Positions 45,968-54,483 of a stretch of 64,000 bases of DNA are shown in pieces. The notes beneath the pieces were generated by a model, which searched no databases, was not told the DNA's origin, and worked only from the letters and a program-made list of their open reading frames with translations. Source of the stretch: a virus. Position numbers and translations under genes: made by a program. The stretch spans positions 5,181 to 69,180 of IMG/VR virus record IMGVR_UViG_3300045282_000183; one strand, 5' to 3'. Numbering within the stretch: the stretch's first letter is position 1; each line of letters starts with the position of its first letter.

Positions 45968-47161
45968 ATGAAACACTTCTCTCCTCAGCAGCTCGCGGTC
46001 ATCAACCGCGTTGCTGCTCCCTTCGTCGCTCGCAGCTTGGGCCGGGCCTACACCCGGGACATGCTGACGTTCGACAACCGGGCACACGAGATGATCCCGG
46101 GCACGCGCGGCGACGCGCGCGGCATCACGCTGGATCACTCGTACGGTCGGCCGTTCGGCTACACGTACACCGGCGACGGCAGCATGACCTGCGACAGTAC
46201 CGGCGCGTATCTCGTCGGCGAGCTGGAGCGACTGGACCAGACGCTGCACGAGCCGCTCGCGGCAATCTCGTGGGATCGCGACATCGATCTTCGCGAGGAC
46301 GTCACGATCGCTGACGACATCAGCTCGTTCACTCTGTCGACGTACGCGTCGGCTGGCGGTCTGGGCACCGGCAACGGCATCGGCAACGGCAAGGCGTGGA
46401 TCGGCAAGACGACCGATCAGGTCACCGGCGTCGGCGTCGACATCGCCAAGCTGCCCTTCCCGCTCACTCCTTGGGGCATCGAGATCAAGTACACGATCTT
46501 CGAACTCGAGAGTGCCGCGAAGGTTGGTCGTCCCATCGACCAGCAGAAGTACAACGGCATGAAGCTGAAGCACGACATGGACATCGACGAGCAGGTGTAC
46601 ATCGGCGACACTTCGGCCGGGTTCACGGGTCTGCTGAACAACACGCTCGTGACCAACGTGACCAACCTGCCCGCCGGAGCCGGCGGATCCACGCTCTGGT
46701 CGACCAAGACCCCCGACGAGGTTCTCGCGGACTTCAACTTCGCGATCACCTCCGTCTGGTCGGCGTCGGCTTGGGCGAAGATGCCCAACAAGATCCTTGT
46801 TCCCCCGACGCAGTTCGGCGCGCTCTCGACCGCCAAGGTCTCGAACGCGGGCAACATCTCGGTGATCAAGTACATCGAGGAGAACAACGTCGTCGCTACC
46901 TCGGGCAAGGGCAAGCTGGACATCCAGCCCTGCAAGTGGAACATCGGCGCCGGAGTCGGTGGCACGGTCGGCACTGCCGACGGTCACGACCGGATGCTCG
47001 TATACACCCAGGACAAGGACATGGTTCGGTTCCCCATGACCCTTCTGCAGCGGACGCCGGTGCAGTACGAGTCCATCTATCACAAGTGCACGTACTTCTG
47101 CAAGCTCGGCGTCGTCGAGGTCGTGTACCCCGAGACCATCGGCTACTTCGACGGTCTCTGA
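45968..47161 (+). CDS. major capsid protein (DUF2184 type)
   Basis: ELERLDQTLHEPL, YTIFELESA, VYIGD...GLLN, VYPETIGYFDGL. Confidence 0.92.
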   Translation: MKHFSPQQLAVINRVAAPFVARSLGRAYTRDMLTFDNRAHEMIPGTRGDARGITLDHSYGRPFGYTYTGDGSMTCDSTGAYLVGELERLDQTLHEPLAAISWDRDIDLREDVTIADDISSFTLSTYASAGGLGTGNGIGNGKAWIGKTTDQVTGVGVDIAKLPFPLTPWGIEIKYTIFELESAAKVGRPIDQQKYNGMKLKHDMDIDEQVYIGDTSAGFTGLLNNTLVTNVTNLPAGAGGSTLWSTKTPDEVLADFNFAITSVWSASAWAKMPNKILVPPTQFGALSTAKVSNAGNISVIKYIEENNVVATSGKGKLDIQPCKWNIGAGVGGTVGTADGHDRMLVYTQDKDMVRFPMTLLQRTPVQYESIYHKCTYFCKLGVVEVVYPETIGYFDGL

Positions 47162-47183
47162 GCCCAAGGAAAGGACAACCAAG

Positions 47184-48008
47184 ATGCGAGATGCACAAGA
47201 CACGAACCGACAGACCGTCGGCGGCACCGCCGCGATGTTCGGCGGCAACGAACCTCGTCCGGCCTTCGCGGTCGACGAGCGCAACACGGTGCAGCGGTTC
47301 TTCCCGGGGCCCGTGAGGCTCACCCTCCCCGACCACACTCAGCGGCAGTGGAACGCCGGTCTGCAGGACGTCCCGGCCGAGCTGGCCGACCATCCGTGGC
47401 TGAAGAGCAACGGTGTGGTCGAACCGGCGAAGGGTCAGGTCGCTCCGCAGATGATGCTCATGGCGCATCCCAACTCGCAGGCCGCCGCGACTGCCATCGC
47501 GCAGTCGGGGGTCTACGACGCCACGCTCGTCCCGACGCACGAGACCACGGACGAGGACGTGCAGGCCGCCGACCAGATGGCCGGTCTGGCCGCCGAGAAC
47601 CTGCGCGCCGCGGAGGACAATCTCGAGAAGGCTCGGCAGACATACGCGTCCGCCGTCCAGGCGGTCGAGACCTCGCGAGAGCGGGCTCTTCGTCGCCGCG
47701 GTCCCGACAACGAGCGTCGTCTCGAGGGACCGGGCAAGGGCGAGCGCATGACCAAGGAGCAGCGGGACTTCGCCGAGCAGCGTGCCCGCGAGCAGGGTGG
47801 CGGCGGCACCACCAAGGAGCTGCCGCACGTCGACAAGCTCACCGCGACCCAGCGCGAGGACTACGACAAGCTCGAGACCGACGAGCAGCGCGACCGCTAC
47901 ATTCGCGCTGCTCGCGCCGACAATCTCACCGACAAGATGCGTGAGGACTACGACGAGCTCAAGACCAACGACGAGCGCGACGCCTTGCTCGACAGCAAGA
48001 ACAGGTGA
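47184..48008 (+). CDS. head-associated hypothetical protein with C-terminal duplicated helical repeat
   Basis: AGLQDVPAELADHPWL; DKLTATQREDYDKLETDEQRD / DNLTDKMREDYDELKTNDERD. Confidence 0.7.
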   Translation: MRDAQDTNRQTVGGTAAMFGGNEPRPAFAVDERNTVQRFFPGPVRLTLPDHTQRQWNAGLQDVPAELADHPWLKSNGVVEPAKGQVAPQMMLMAHPNSQAAATAIAQSGVYDATLVPTHETTDEDVQAADQMAGLAAENLRAAEDNLEKARQTYASAVQAVETSRERALRRRGPDNERRLEGPGKGERMTKEQRDFAEQRAREQGGGGTTKELPHVDKLTATQREDYDKLETDEQRDRYIRAARADNLTDKMREDYDELKTNDERDALLDSKNR

Positions 48009-48012
48009 GCTC

Positions 48013-48504
48013 ATGATGACGGCGGCACAGTTCAGGCAGGCATTCACAGAGTTCGGGAGCACGGCCACGTACCCGGACAGCATGATCACGTTCTGGCTGG
48101 GCGTCGCCGCCGTCCTCATTCCTCAGTCCACGTGGGGTCCTCCTGCTGACCCCTACGTCAATCCGCCGACAATGGTCTACGATATCGGCGTTCTCAACTA
48201 CGTCGCGCACCAGATTTCCCTGGAGGCGCGCGCGATCGCGACCACCGCGGCTGGCGCGATACCCGGAGGCACTCCCAGCGGACCCGTCTCGAGCGAGTCC
48301 GTCGGCGGTGTCTCCAGAAGCTACGACGCCGATGCCACGCTGCTCGAGAGCGGCGGCGACTGGAACCGCACGACCTACGGCGTGCGCTTTCTCCAGCTCG
48401 CGCGTCTCATGGGCAAGGGACCGGTGCAGATCGACACGTGCGGCGGCAATCCCTACGGCTATCCGTGGGCGGGACCGTTCCCCTTCGGCGGACCGTACTA
48501 CTGA
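48013..48504 (+). CDS. DUF4054 head-tail adaptor
   Basis: FRQAFTEF, SESVGGVSRSYD, WNRTTYGVRF. Confidence 0.85.
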   Translation: MMTAAQFRQAFTEFGSTATYPDSMITFWLGVAAVLIPQSTWGPPADPYVNPPTMVYDIGVLNYVAHQISLEARAIATTAAGAIPGGTPSGPVSSESVGGVSRSYDADATLLESGGDWNRTTYGVRFLQLARLMGKGPVQIDTCGGNPYGYPWAGPFPFGGPYY

Positions 48505-48517
48505 GAGGATCAACCTG

Positions 48518-48874
48518 ATGGCTCTGCTGATCACCACTGTTCTTGCCGTGCTTGCGCTCGTCGCGCCCGCGAATGCCGACATCGTCGCGCATCCTGCCGG
48601 GTGCCCGACCAGCGCGTTTTGCGGCTGTGGAGCCTCGGTCCGCGTGTTCGGCGCGCCGCGCCGCGACCTGTATCTCGCCCGCGCGTGGCTCCGGTTCCCG
48701 CGCGCCGCCCCGGCTCCGGGCATGGTCGGCGCGCGCTCGGGTCACGTGCTCGTGCTCGAGAGCCACGTGTCCGGCGACACGTGGATGGTGTACGACGCGA
48801 ACAGCGGCGGCCGAAAGACCCGCCTGCACGCGCGCTCTATCCGTGGCTACTCGATCGTGAACCCTCATGGCTGA
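48518..48874 (+). CDS. exported CHAP-like (Cys/His) peptidoglycan hydrolase candidate
   Basis: Signal peptide ..APANA|D; FCGC, ARAW, PAPG, GHV, DANSG. Confidence 0.6.
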   Translation: MALLITTVLAVLALVAPANADIVAHPAGCPTSAFCGCGASVRVFGAPRRDLYLARAWLRFPRAAPAPGMVGARSGHVLVLESHVSGDTWMVYDANSGGRKTRLHARSIRGYSIVNPHG

Positions 48875-49277
48875 GGACACCTACGACCTTCTCGCGAAGA
48901 TAGTCGCGGAGACCCGGTGCAAGCCAAACTGGAGCTTTCGTCTGGTCGACGAGGACGGCGCGAAGCGGCTCGTGATCCGCATGTACGAGACGAACAACTA
49001 CGACCAGTCGAAGCAGTTCACGGTCGACCACTATCATCCGTGCCCGGTCGCGACCTACAACGAGAAGACTTGGCGTCGCTGGATCTTCGATCAGTGTGTT
49101 CGCTCCATGAACCACGAGATCGGCGAGGCGCTGCGCTTCGGTCCGGACGAGAACTGCGTGCGTCCCTTCGTGTCCATGCACGGCCCGGGCGAAGACCCGT
49201 ACACCGTTCACGAGTGGCGTCCCGAGACCGACGCGCTCACCACGCAGGACGGCTCTCTCCGAGAGGGGTCGGTGTGA
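48867..49277 (+). CDS. hypothetical protein
   Basis: HEIGEALRF...HGPGEDPY. Confidence 0.6.
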   Translation: MAEDTYDLLAKIVAETRCKPNWSFRLVDEDGAKRLVIRMYETNNYDQSKQFTVDHYHPCPVATYNEKTWRRWIFDQCVRSMNHEIGEALRFGPDENCVRPFVSMHGPGEDPYTVHEWRPETDALTTQDGSLREGSV

Positions 49278-49759
49278 AGAGCGGCCTTCACGTCATCCTC
49301 GACAACGTCGCGCAGGTCGCCGACGGCATCGGCATCTTGTCGCGCTCGCGCGTCATGGTCGGCATCCCGGAGGACAAGGGTGCCAGGAAAGAGGGCGCGG
49401 TCACGAACGCTCAGCTGCTCTACGTGCACGAGAACGGCGAGCCTGCGCACAACATCCCCGCGCGTCCGACGCTGAAGCCCGGCATCCAGAACGCGCAGGG
49501 CGAGATCAACCGACGTCTCGAGCTCGCCGGACACGCCGCGCTCGACGGCAAGCCGAGCAGCGTGCGCGCGCAACTCGCCGCCGCAGGATCCGCTGGCGCG
49601 CAGTCCGTGAAGCGCATGATCAACAGCAACGTCGGCCCCCCGCTCAAGCCCTCCACGCTCGCCGCTCGCAAGAGGCGGGGGGTGAAGCGCACGAACACGC
49701 TGGTCGACACTGGCCGGATGCGCAACGCCGTGACCTACGTGGTCAGTGAGGAGAAGTGA
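49274..49759 (+). CDS. neck/tail-completion protein
   Basis: VGIPE, HENG...NIPARP, PLKPST, LVDTGRMRNAVTY. Confidence 0.8.
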   Translation: MKSGLHVILDNVAQVADGIGILSRSRVMVGIPEDKGARKEGAVTNAQLLYVHENGEPAHNIPARPTLKPGIQNAQGEINRRLELAGHAALDGKPSSVRAQLAAAGSAGAQSVKRMINSNVGPPLKPSTLAARKRRGVKRTNTLVDTGRMRNAVTYVVSEEK

Positions 49760-49998
49760 TGCCCAGTCTCGGTGAGCTCTCTCAGGCCGTTATCGCACTC
49801 GTCGCCGTGGTCGGCTGCGTAGAGGCCATTCGCGCCCGGAGACAGTCGGCGCGCAACGGCGTCACCATCGCTCAGGTTCGCAAGGAGACCAACGGCATGC
49901 GCGCTCAGCTCGAGAACGCCGCCCGCGCGAGCGGGAACCTGGAGGGGCGCGCCGAGCAGCACGCCGAGGACATCAAGCGAGAAGGAACCACGAGATGA
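49756..49998 (+). CDS. small membrane protein
   Basis: One TM segment plus VRKETNG. Confidence 0.5.
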   Translation: MMPSLGELSQAVIALVAVVGCVEAIRARRQSARNGVTIAQVRKETNGMRAQLENAARASGNLEGRAEQHAEDIKREGTTR

Positions 49999-50618
49999 CC
50001 CGCCGCATAGTGATCCATCACGGAGCCAGGAAGGTCACCGTGCATCCTCACAACAAGTCCAGCGACGGCCTGACGATGTTCGTGCATCGCGCGGCCACGG
50101 GTGCGAGGCCATTTGTGCGGGATGCTGGTGAGAAACATGATCCTGGAACTGGTCAGTTCACGGGTGCACACGGTGGACCGCATCATATAGTGCGAGAAAA
50201 GGGTGACCCTCGTGCAAAGGCGAGTGAGAAGGAACAACGATTGTTGAATTCTGTATCACCGTCTAAATCTTCTGGACCAAAGATAGATCCAGAAAAATTG
50301 CGCAAGTCTCAAGAACAGGCTGCCGCCACGCGCAAGTTGATGGGATTTGGTGACAGTACCGGCGCGTTCCTCCGCCCCGGCACGCACCGGCCAGAGACGC
50401 GTGCCAAGCGCACGCCGATCGATGCTGCGAAGGATGCGTTGTCTAATGATCCAGCTCAGTTGCGAGCCACGGGCCGCACGCTCTTGCAGTATTGTGACAC
50501 GTCCGCAGAAGTGCGCGAGTGGGCGCGCGACGAGGGCTACTCGCGCGCGGCCGAGGCTTATCTGATTGAGGGCTTCAAGCAGCAGCGCGTCAAGGAAGGT
50601 CTGAGCGAGAACGTCTGA
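49995..50618 (+). CDS. putative internal head (poly)protein
   Basis: HDPGTGQF motif; xxD-delimited modules. Confidence 0.5.
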   Translation: MTRRIVIHHGARKVTVHPHNKSSDGLTMFVHRAATGARPFVRDAGEKHDPGTGQFTGAHGGPHHIVREKGDPRAKASEKEQRLLNSVSPSKSSGPKIDPEKLRKSQEQAAATRKLMGFGDSTGAFLRPGTHRPETRAKRTPIDAAKDALSNDPAQLRATGRTLLQYCDTSAEVREWARDEGYSRAAEAYLIEGFKQQRVKEGLSENV

Positions 50619-51028
50619 TGCCTCTCATCGACCTCAACGACGTCCTTGTCAGCATGGACATCGCGTGCCAGACCTTCGACGTGATCCGTCGCGAGGAGGT
50701 CGTTGGCAGCAACGGTCGGGCGACGATCACGGAGACCGTGATCAGCGACGTCGTCGGCGCGGTGCAGCCGCTGGGCGACAACAGTCTCCTGCGCGAGGAG
50801 GCCTTCGCCGCGCAGAAGAACGGCGTCGAGGTCTGGACGCAGACTCGCCTGTACGCCGTCGGTCGCGTCGGCACCAAGAAGTATCAGCCAGACATCATTC
50901 GTCTCGCGAACGGCAACACCTACGAGGTCAAGATCCTCGACGGCTGGAACGAGTTCGGGCGAGGCTTCTCGCACGCGCACTGCGAGGCGTTCGACTACGT
51001 GCAGACGCAGCCGGAGGACCTGGATTGA
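50618..51028 (+). CDS. head closure / head-tail joining protein
   Basis: FDVIRR...NGR...VQP...PDII; synteny. Confidence 0.75.
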   Translation: MPLIDLNDVLVSMDIACQTFDVIRREEVVGSNGRATITETVISDVVGAVQPLGDNSLLREEAFAAQKNGVEVWTQTRLYAVGRVGTKKYQPDIIRLANGNTYEVKILDGWNEFGRGFSHAHCEAFDYVQTQPEDLD

Positions 51029-51603
51029 GCGTCCAGCCGCTCCCGACCCCGGCTCCGCTTCAGGGCGACGCGCTGCTCGACTTCGTGCAGGGCTGGATCG
51101 CCGGGGTGCTCGGCTCCGCGGTCATCGACTCGTCGCTCGTGCGACCCTACGCGCAGGCGGTGCCGCCCGTCGTGCCGACCGAGGGCACGGCGTGGATCGC
51201 GTTCACCGTCGCCGTCGACGAGAGCGACACGTTCACGTACCAGAAGCAGATCGACGACGCGACCGTGGAGTTTCAGCGTCAGGAACGCATGCGCGTGCTG
51301 TGCAGTTTCTACGACACCGGCGTCGCCAGCGACGCCGGAATGCTCGCTGATCTTCTTCGTGACGGGATCACGATCCCGCAGAACCTCGAGCCGTTGTATC
51401 TGGCGAACTTCGGTCTGGTCGGCACGGAGCAGCAGACATCTATCTCGGTCATGGAACCGCAGACGCGCTGGACTTGGCGCGTCGACATGCCGATCATTCT
51501 GACGCGTCAGGTTACGCGCAACTACGGCCAGACGAGCATCGCCAGCGCGAACGGAACACTCAAGACAGACGTCGGTCTTCCCGACGTGCCCATCAACGCC
51601 TAG
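51025..51603 (+). CDS. tail terminator / neck protein
   Basis: LVRPY, LCSFY, WRVD; immediately before sheath. Confidence 0.7.
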   Translation: MSVQPLPTPAPLQGDALLDFVQGWIAGVLGSAVIDSSLVRPYAQAVPPVVPTEGTAWIAFTVAVDESDTFTYQKQIDDATVEFQRQERMRVLCSFYDTGVASDAGMLADLLRDGITIPQNLEPLYLANFGLVGTEQQTSISVMEPQTRWTWRVDMPIILTRQVTRNYGQTSIASANGTLKTDVGLPDVPINA

Positions 51604-51614
51604 GAGACTGACAC

Positions 51615-53414
51615 ATGCCCCTTCCCATCTCGAGGCTGATCAACGTCAGCGTGGTTCTCTCTCCCGCGCTGGCGCAGCAGGCCAACTTCAACTCGCTCAT
51701 GATCCTCGGGTCGAGTGCCGTTATCGACGTTCAGCAGCGACTGCGCACCTACGAGACGCTGGCCGCCGTGGCGGCTGACTTCGGCACGCTGGCCGAGGAG
51801 TATCTCTCCGCGGTGCGCTGGTTCGGGCAGGTGCCTCAGCCGACATCCCTCGTCGTCGGGCGCTGGGCCAAGACGGCGGCCCCCGGTCAGCTGATCGGCG
51901 GTTCGGTGTCGGCGGCCAATCAGGTCATCGGCATCTGGAACGCGATCACGACCGGCGCGGGTCTGGTCTACGTGGACCTCGTGCCATACGCGCTCAGCGG
52001 TCTGAACTTCTCTGCGGCCGCGAACATGGCGGGTGTCGCCAACGTGATCCAGGTCGCGCTTGTCGCCGCTGGTGCCGCCGGAGCAACCGTTACGTGGGAC
52101 TCGGTGTACCAGCACTTTGTCGTCACGAGCGGCACGACCGGCGCGAGCAGCTCTGTGAGCTTCATGGCGAACCCGACGGCTGTCGGTAATATCATGTTCG
52201 GTGCCAATCCGTCGAACAACGACACCATCACGCTCGGTGGTACTGTCGTCACGTTCAAGGCGGCCGGGCCAGTCGGCAATCAGGTGCTGATCGGGGGTAC
52301 GCTCGCGAACACGTTGGCGAACCTGCTCGCGTTCCTCCAGGCTTCGGTGGATGCGAATATTTCGCTGGCCTCATACTCCGTGGTCGGCAGCAAACTCTAC
52401 GTCGTCTATAAGACTACGGGCGCGGGCGGCAACGCCTTCACGCTCGCCGCGAGCGTGGCCGTGGTGAGCGCCGGGACCCTGAGCGGCGGCGCTGGCGTCG
52501 CGATCGCGACCACGGCGGCGCTCACGGCGCTGGCGGGCGCGTATCTCGCGGCGGGTGTCGCTGCGGAGACCGCGCTGGCTGCTGTCCAGATCATGGACGA
52601 TCGGTTCGCCTCCTCGTGGTATGGTCTCGTCGTGCCGGGCGGCTCGGTCTCCGATCAGGTGGCGATCTCCGGATACATCAACTCGGACACTGCGATGCAC
52701 TTCTTCGGCGTCACGTCGAACGACCCGAACGAGGTTGTCGCGGGCCAGACGTCCAGCCTCGGTTATCTGCTCGCGCAGCAGGCCGCGGACGACACCATGT
52801 GGCAGTACAGCAGCACTGATCCGTACGCGGTGGTGAGCGCGCTCTCGCGCATCCTCACGACCAACTGGAACGGCAGCAACACGGCCATCACGCTCATGTA
52901 CAAGAACGAGTCGGGCGTGACGGCGGAGTCGCTCAATCTCACGCAGGTCGACGCGCTGGAGGCGAACCGAGGCAACGTGTTCGCATCGTACAACAACAGC
53001 ACGAGCATTCTCGAGAAGGGCACGTGCTGCTCCGGTCAGTTCGTGGACACCATCATCGGCGTAGACTGGCTCGCCTCGTACGTGCAGACGAACCTGTACA
53101 ACGTGATGTACGGGAGCACGACCAAGATCCCGCAGACCGACGCAGGCAACAACATCCTCGCCACGAGCATCGAGGGCTCGTGTCAGCAGGCCGTCGACAA
53201 CGGGTTGCTCGCGCCGGGCGTGTGGAACGCCGCAGGGTTCGGTCAGTTGCAGCAGGGCCAGACACTCTCGAAGGGCTTCTACGTCTACGCGCCGCCCATC
53301 GCGACCCAGAGTCCGGCCGATCGGGCCGCGCGCAAGTCCGTTCCGTTCCAGGTCGCCGCCAAGCTGGCTGGCGCGATCCACACGGCGGATGTCACCATCA
53401 ACGTGAACCAGTGA
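51615..53414 (+). CDS. contractile tail sheath protein (DUF3383 type)
   Basis: DFG...EEYL..WFGQ.PQP, VGRW, ITLMYK, KIPQTDAG, LAGAIH. Confidence 0.92.
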   Translation: MPLPISRLINVSVVLSPALAQQANFNSLMILGSSAVIDVQQRLRTYETLAAVAADFGTLAEEYLSAVRWFGQVPQPTSLVVGRWAKTAAPGQLIGGSVSAANQVIGIWNAITTGAGLVYVDLVPYALSGLNFSAAANMAGVANVIQVALVAAGAAGATVTWDSVYQHFVVTSGTTGASSSVSFMANPTAVGNIMFGANPSNNDTITLGGTVVTFKAAGPVGNQVLIGGTLANTLANLLAFLQASVDANISLASYSVVGSKLYVVYKTTGAGGNAFTLAASVAVVSAGTLSGGAGVAIATTAALTALAGAYLAAGVAAETALAAVQIMDDRFASSWYGLVVPGGSVSDQVAISGYINSDTAMHFFGVTSNDPNEVVAGQTSSLGYLLAQQAADDTMWQYSSTDPYAVVSALSRILTTNWNGSNTAITLMYKNESGVTAESLNLTQVDALEANRGNVFASYNNSTSILEKGTCCSGQFVDTIIGVDWLASYVQTNLYNVMYGSTTKIPQTDAGNNILATSIEGSCQQAVDNGLLAPGVWNAAGFGQLQQGQTLSKGFYVYAPPIATQSPADRAARKSVPFQVAAKLAGAIHTADVTINVNQ

Positions 53415-53426
53415 GGAGCCTAGATC

Positions 53427-53879
53427 ATGGGTGTCTATAGTTTTCCAAATGTCCAGGCCTCACTCGTGGGGCCTGGAGGCAACGTCAATCTTGGGTACGG
53501 CTCCGGCGCGTCAGAGGAGGGCATCGTGGTCGAGATGACTGAGGAGAAGGGCGACACGAAGGTGGGTGCCGACGGTCAGATCATGCAGTCGCTGCGCGCG
53601 AGTAATCTCGGCTCGATCACGGTGCGTCTTCTCAAGACGTCGCCGACCAACTCGCTGCTGAGCAATATGTACAATGCGCAGAAGACAATTTCCTCGCTCT
53701 GGGGGAACAATGTTCTTCGCGTGTCGGACGTGGTGCGCGGCGACGTGATCCTCGGCACGAACATGGCGTTCACTAAGCAGCCGACCGTCACGTACGGCAA
53801 AGACGGTGACATGATGGAGTGGCGTTTCACGGGGAACATCGAGCAGCAGCTCGGCAGCGGCTCGCCGGTCGCGGCCTGA
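53427..53879 (+). CDS. tail tube protein (DUF3277 type)
   Basis: YSF, EEGI, GADG, LLKTSPTN, EWRF. Confidence 0.88.
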   Translation: MGVYSFPNVQASLVGPGGNVNLGYGSGASEEGIVVEMTEEKGDTKVGADGQIMQSLRASNLGSITVRLLKTSPTNSLLSNMYNAQKTISSLWGNNVLRVSDVVRGDVILGTNMAFTKQPTVTYGKDGDMMEWRFTGNIEQQLGSGSPVAA

Positions 53880-53890
53880 GGGGATAGACT

Positions 53891-54331
53891 ATGACACGGA
53901 TCGGACAACATGACTACATCGTCGAGACCCTGCCGGTCACGACGCAGTTCTCGTTGTCGGCGCTCTTGTCGCCGGTGGTGTCAATCATGACGCTTCAGGA
54001 GGATCGCTCGGAGCTCGCCAAGAAGTTCCCGCAGTCCTTCACGGCGCTGTGCGGCGGCATGTCTCCGGACGATCATAAGTGGATCCTCGAGACTTGCCTC
54101 AGCGTGGTGCGCCGCGTGGACGCGGGCAGTCCACCGATGCCCGTGTGGGTCGGCGGCATGCCAGCATTCCAGGACATCGGCCTGACGGAGATGCTTCAGC
54201 TCGTGTGGCTCGTGGTCGAGCATCACAGGATGCTGGATTTTTTCGCCGCAAGCCGCTCGGCCTTGACGGATCAGCCGGACGGCCAGAAGGGATCCGCTGG
54301 GCAAGGCTTCCGGACGGCAGAGGCTGGCTGA
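53891..54331 (+). CDS. tail assembly chaperone (G)
   Basis: Between tube and tape measure; slippery T TTT TTC at 54238-54244. Confidence 0.8.
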   Translation: MTRIGQHDYIVETLPVTTQFSLSALLSPVVSIMTLQEDRSELAKKFPQSFTALCGGMSPDDHKWILETCLSVVRRVDAGSPPMPVWVGGMPAFQDIGLTEMLQLVWLVVEHHRMLDFFAASRSALTDQPDGQKGSAGQGFRTAEAG

Positions 54332-54483
54332 TGCGGCCCGTGCTCGCTGGCGTGGTGTCTGAGTTCGCGGTGATGGTCGGCAGGCCGCTCGACCTCGTGG
54401 ACTTTGCGGACATGAACGACGCACTGGACGTGCAGGCACATAACGATAATCTCCTGCGCGAGCATCTGGAGCGTAGTCGATGA
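54238..54483 (+). CDS. tail assembly chaperone -1 frameshift extension (T)
   Basis: Open -1 frame LPDGRGWLMRPV...LVDFADMNDALD. Confidence 0.7.
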   Translation, partial: FFRRKPLGLDGSAGRPEGIRWARLPDGRGWLMRPVLAGVVSEFAVMVGRPLDLVDFADMNDALDVQAHNDNLLREHLERSR

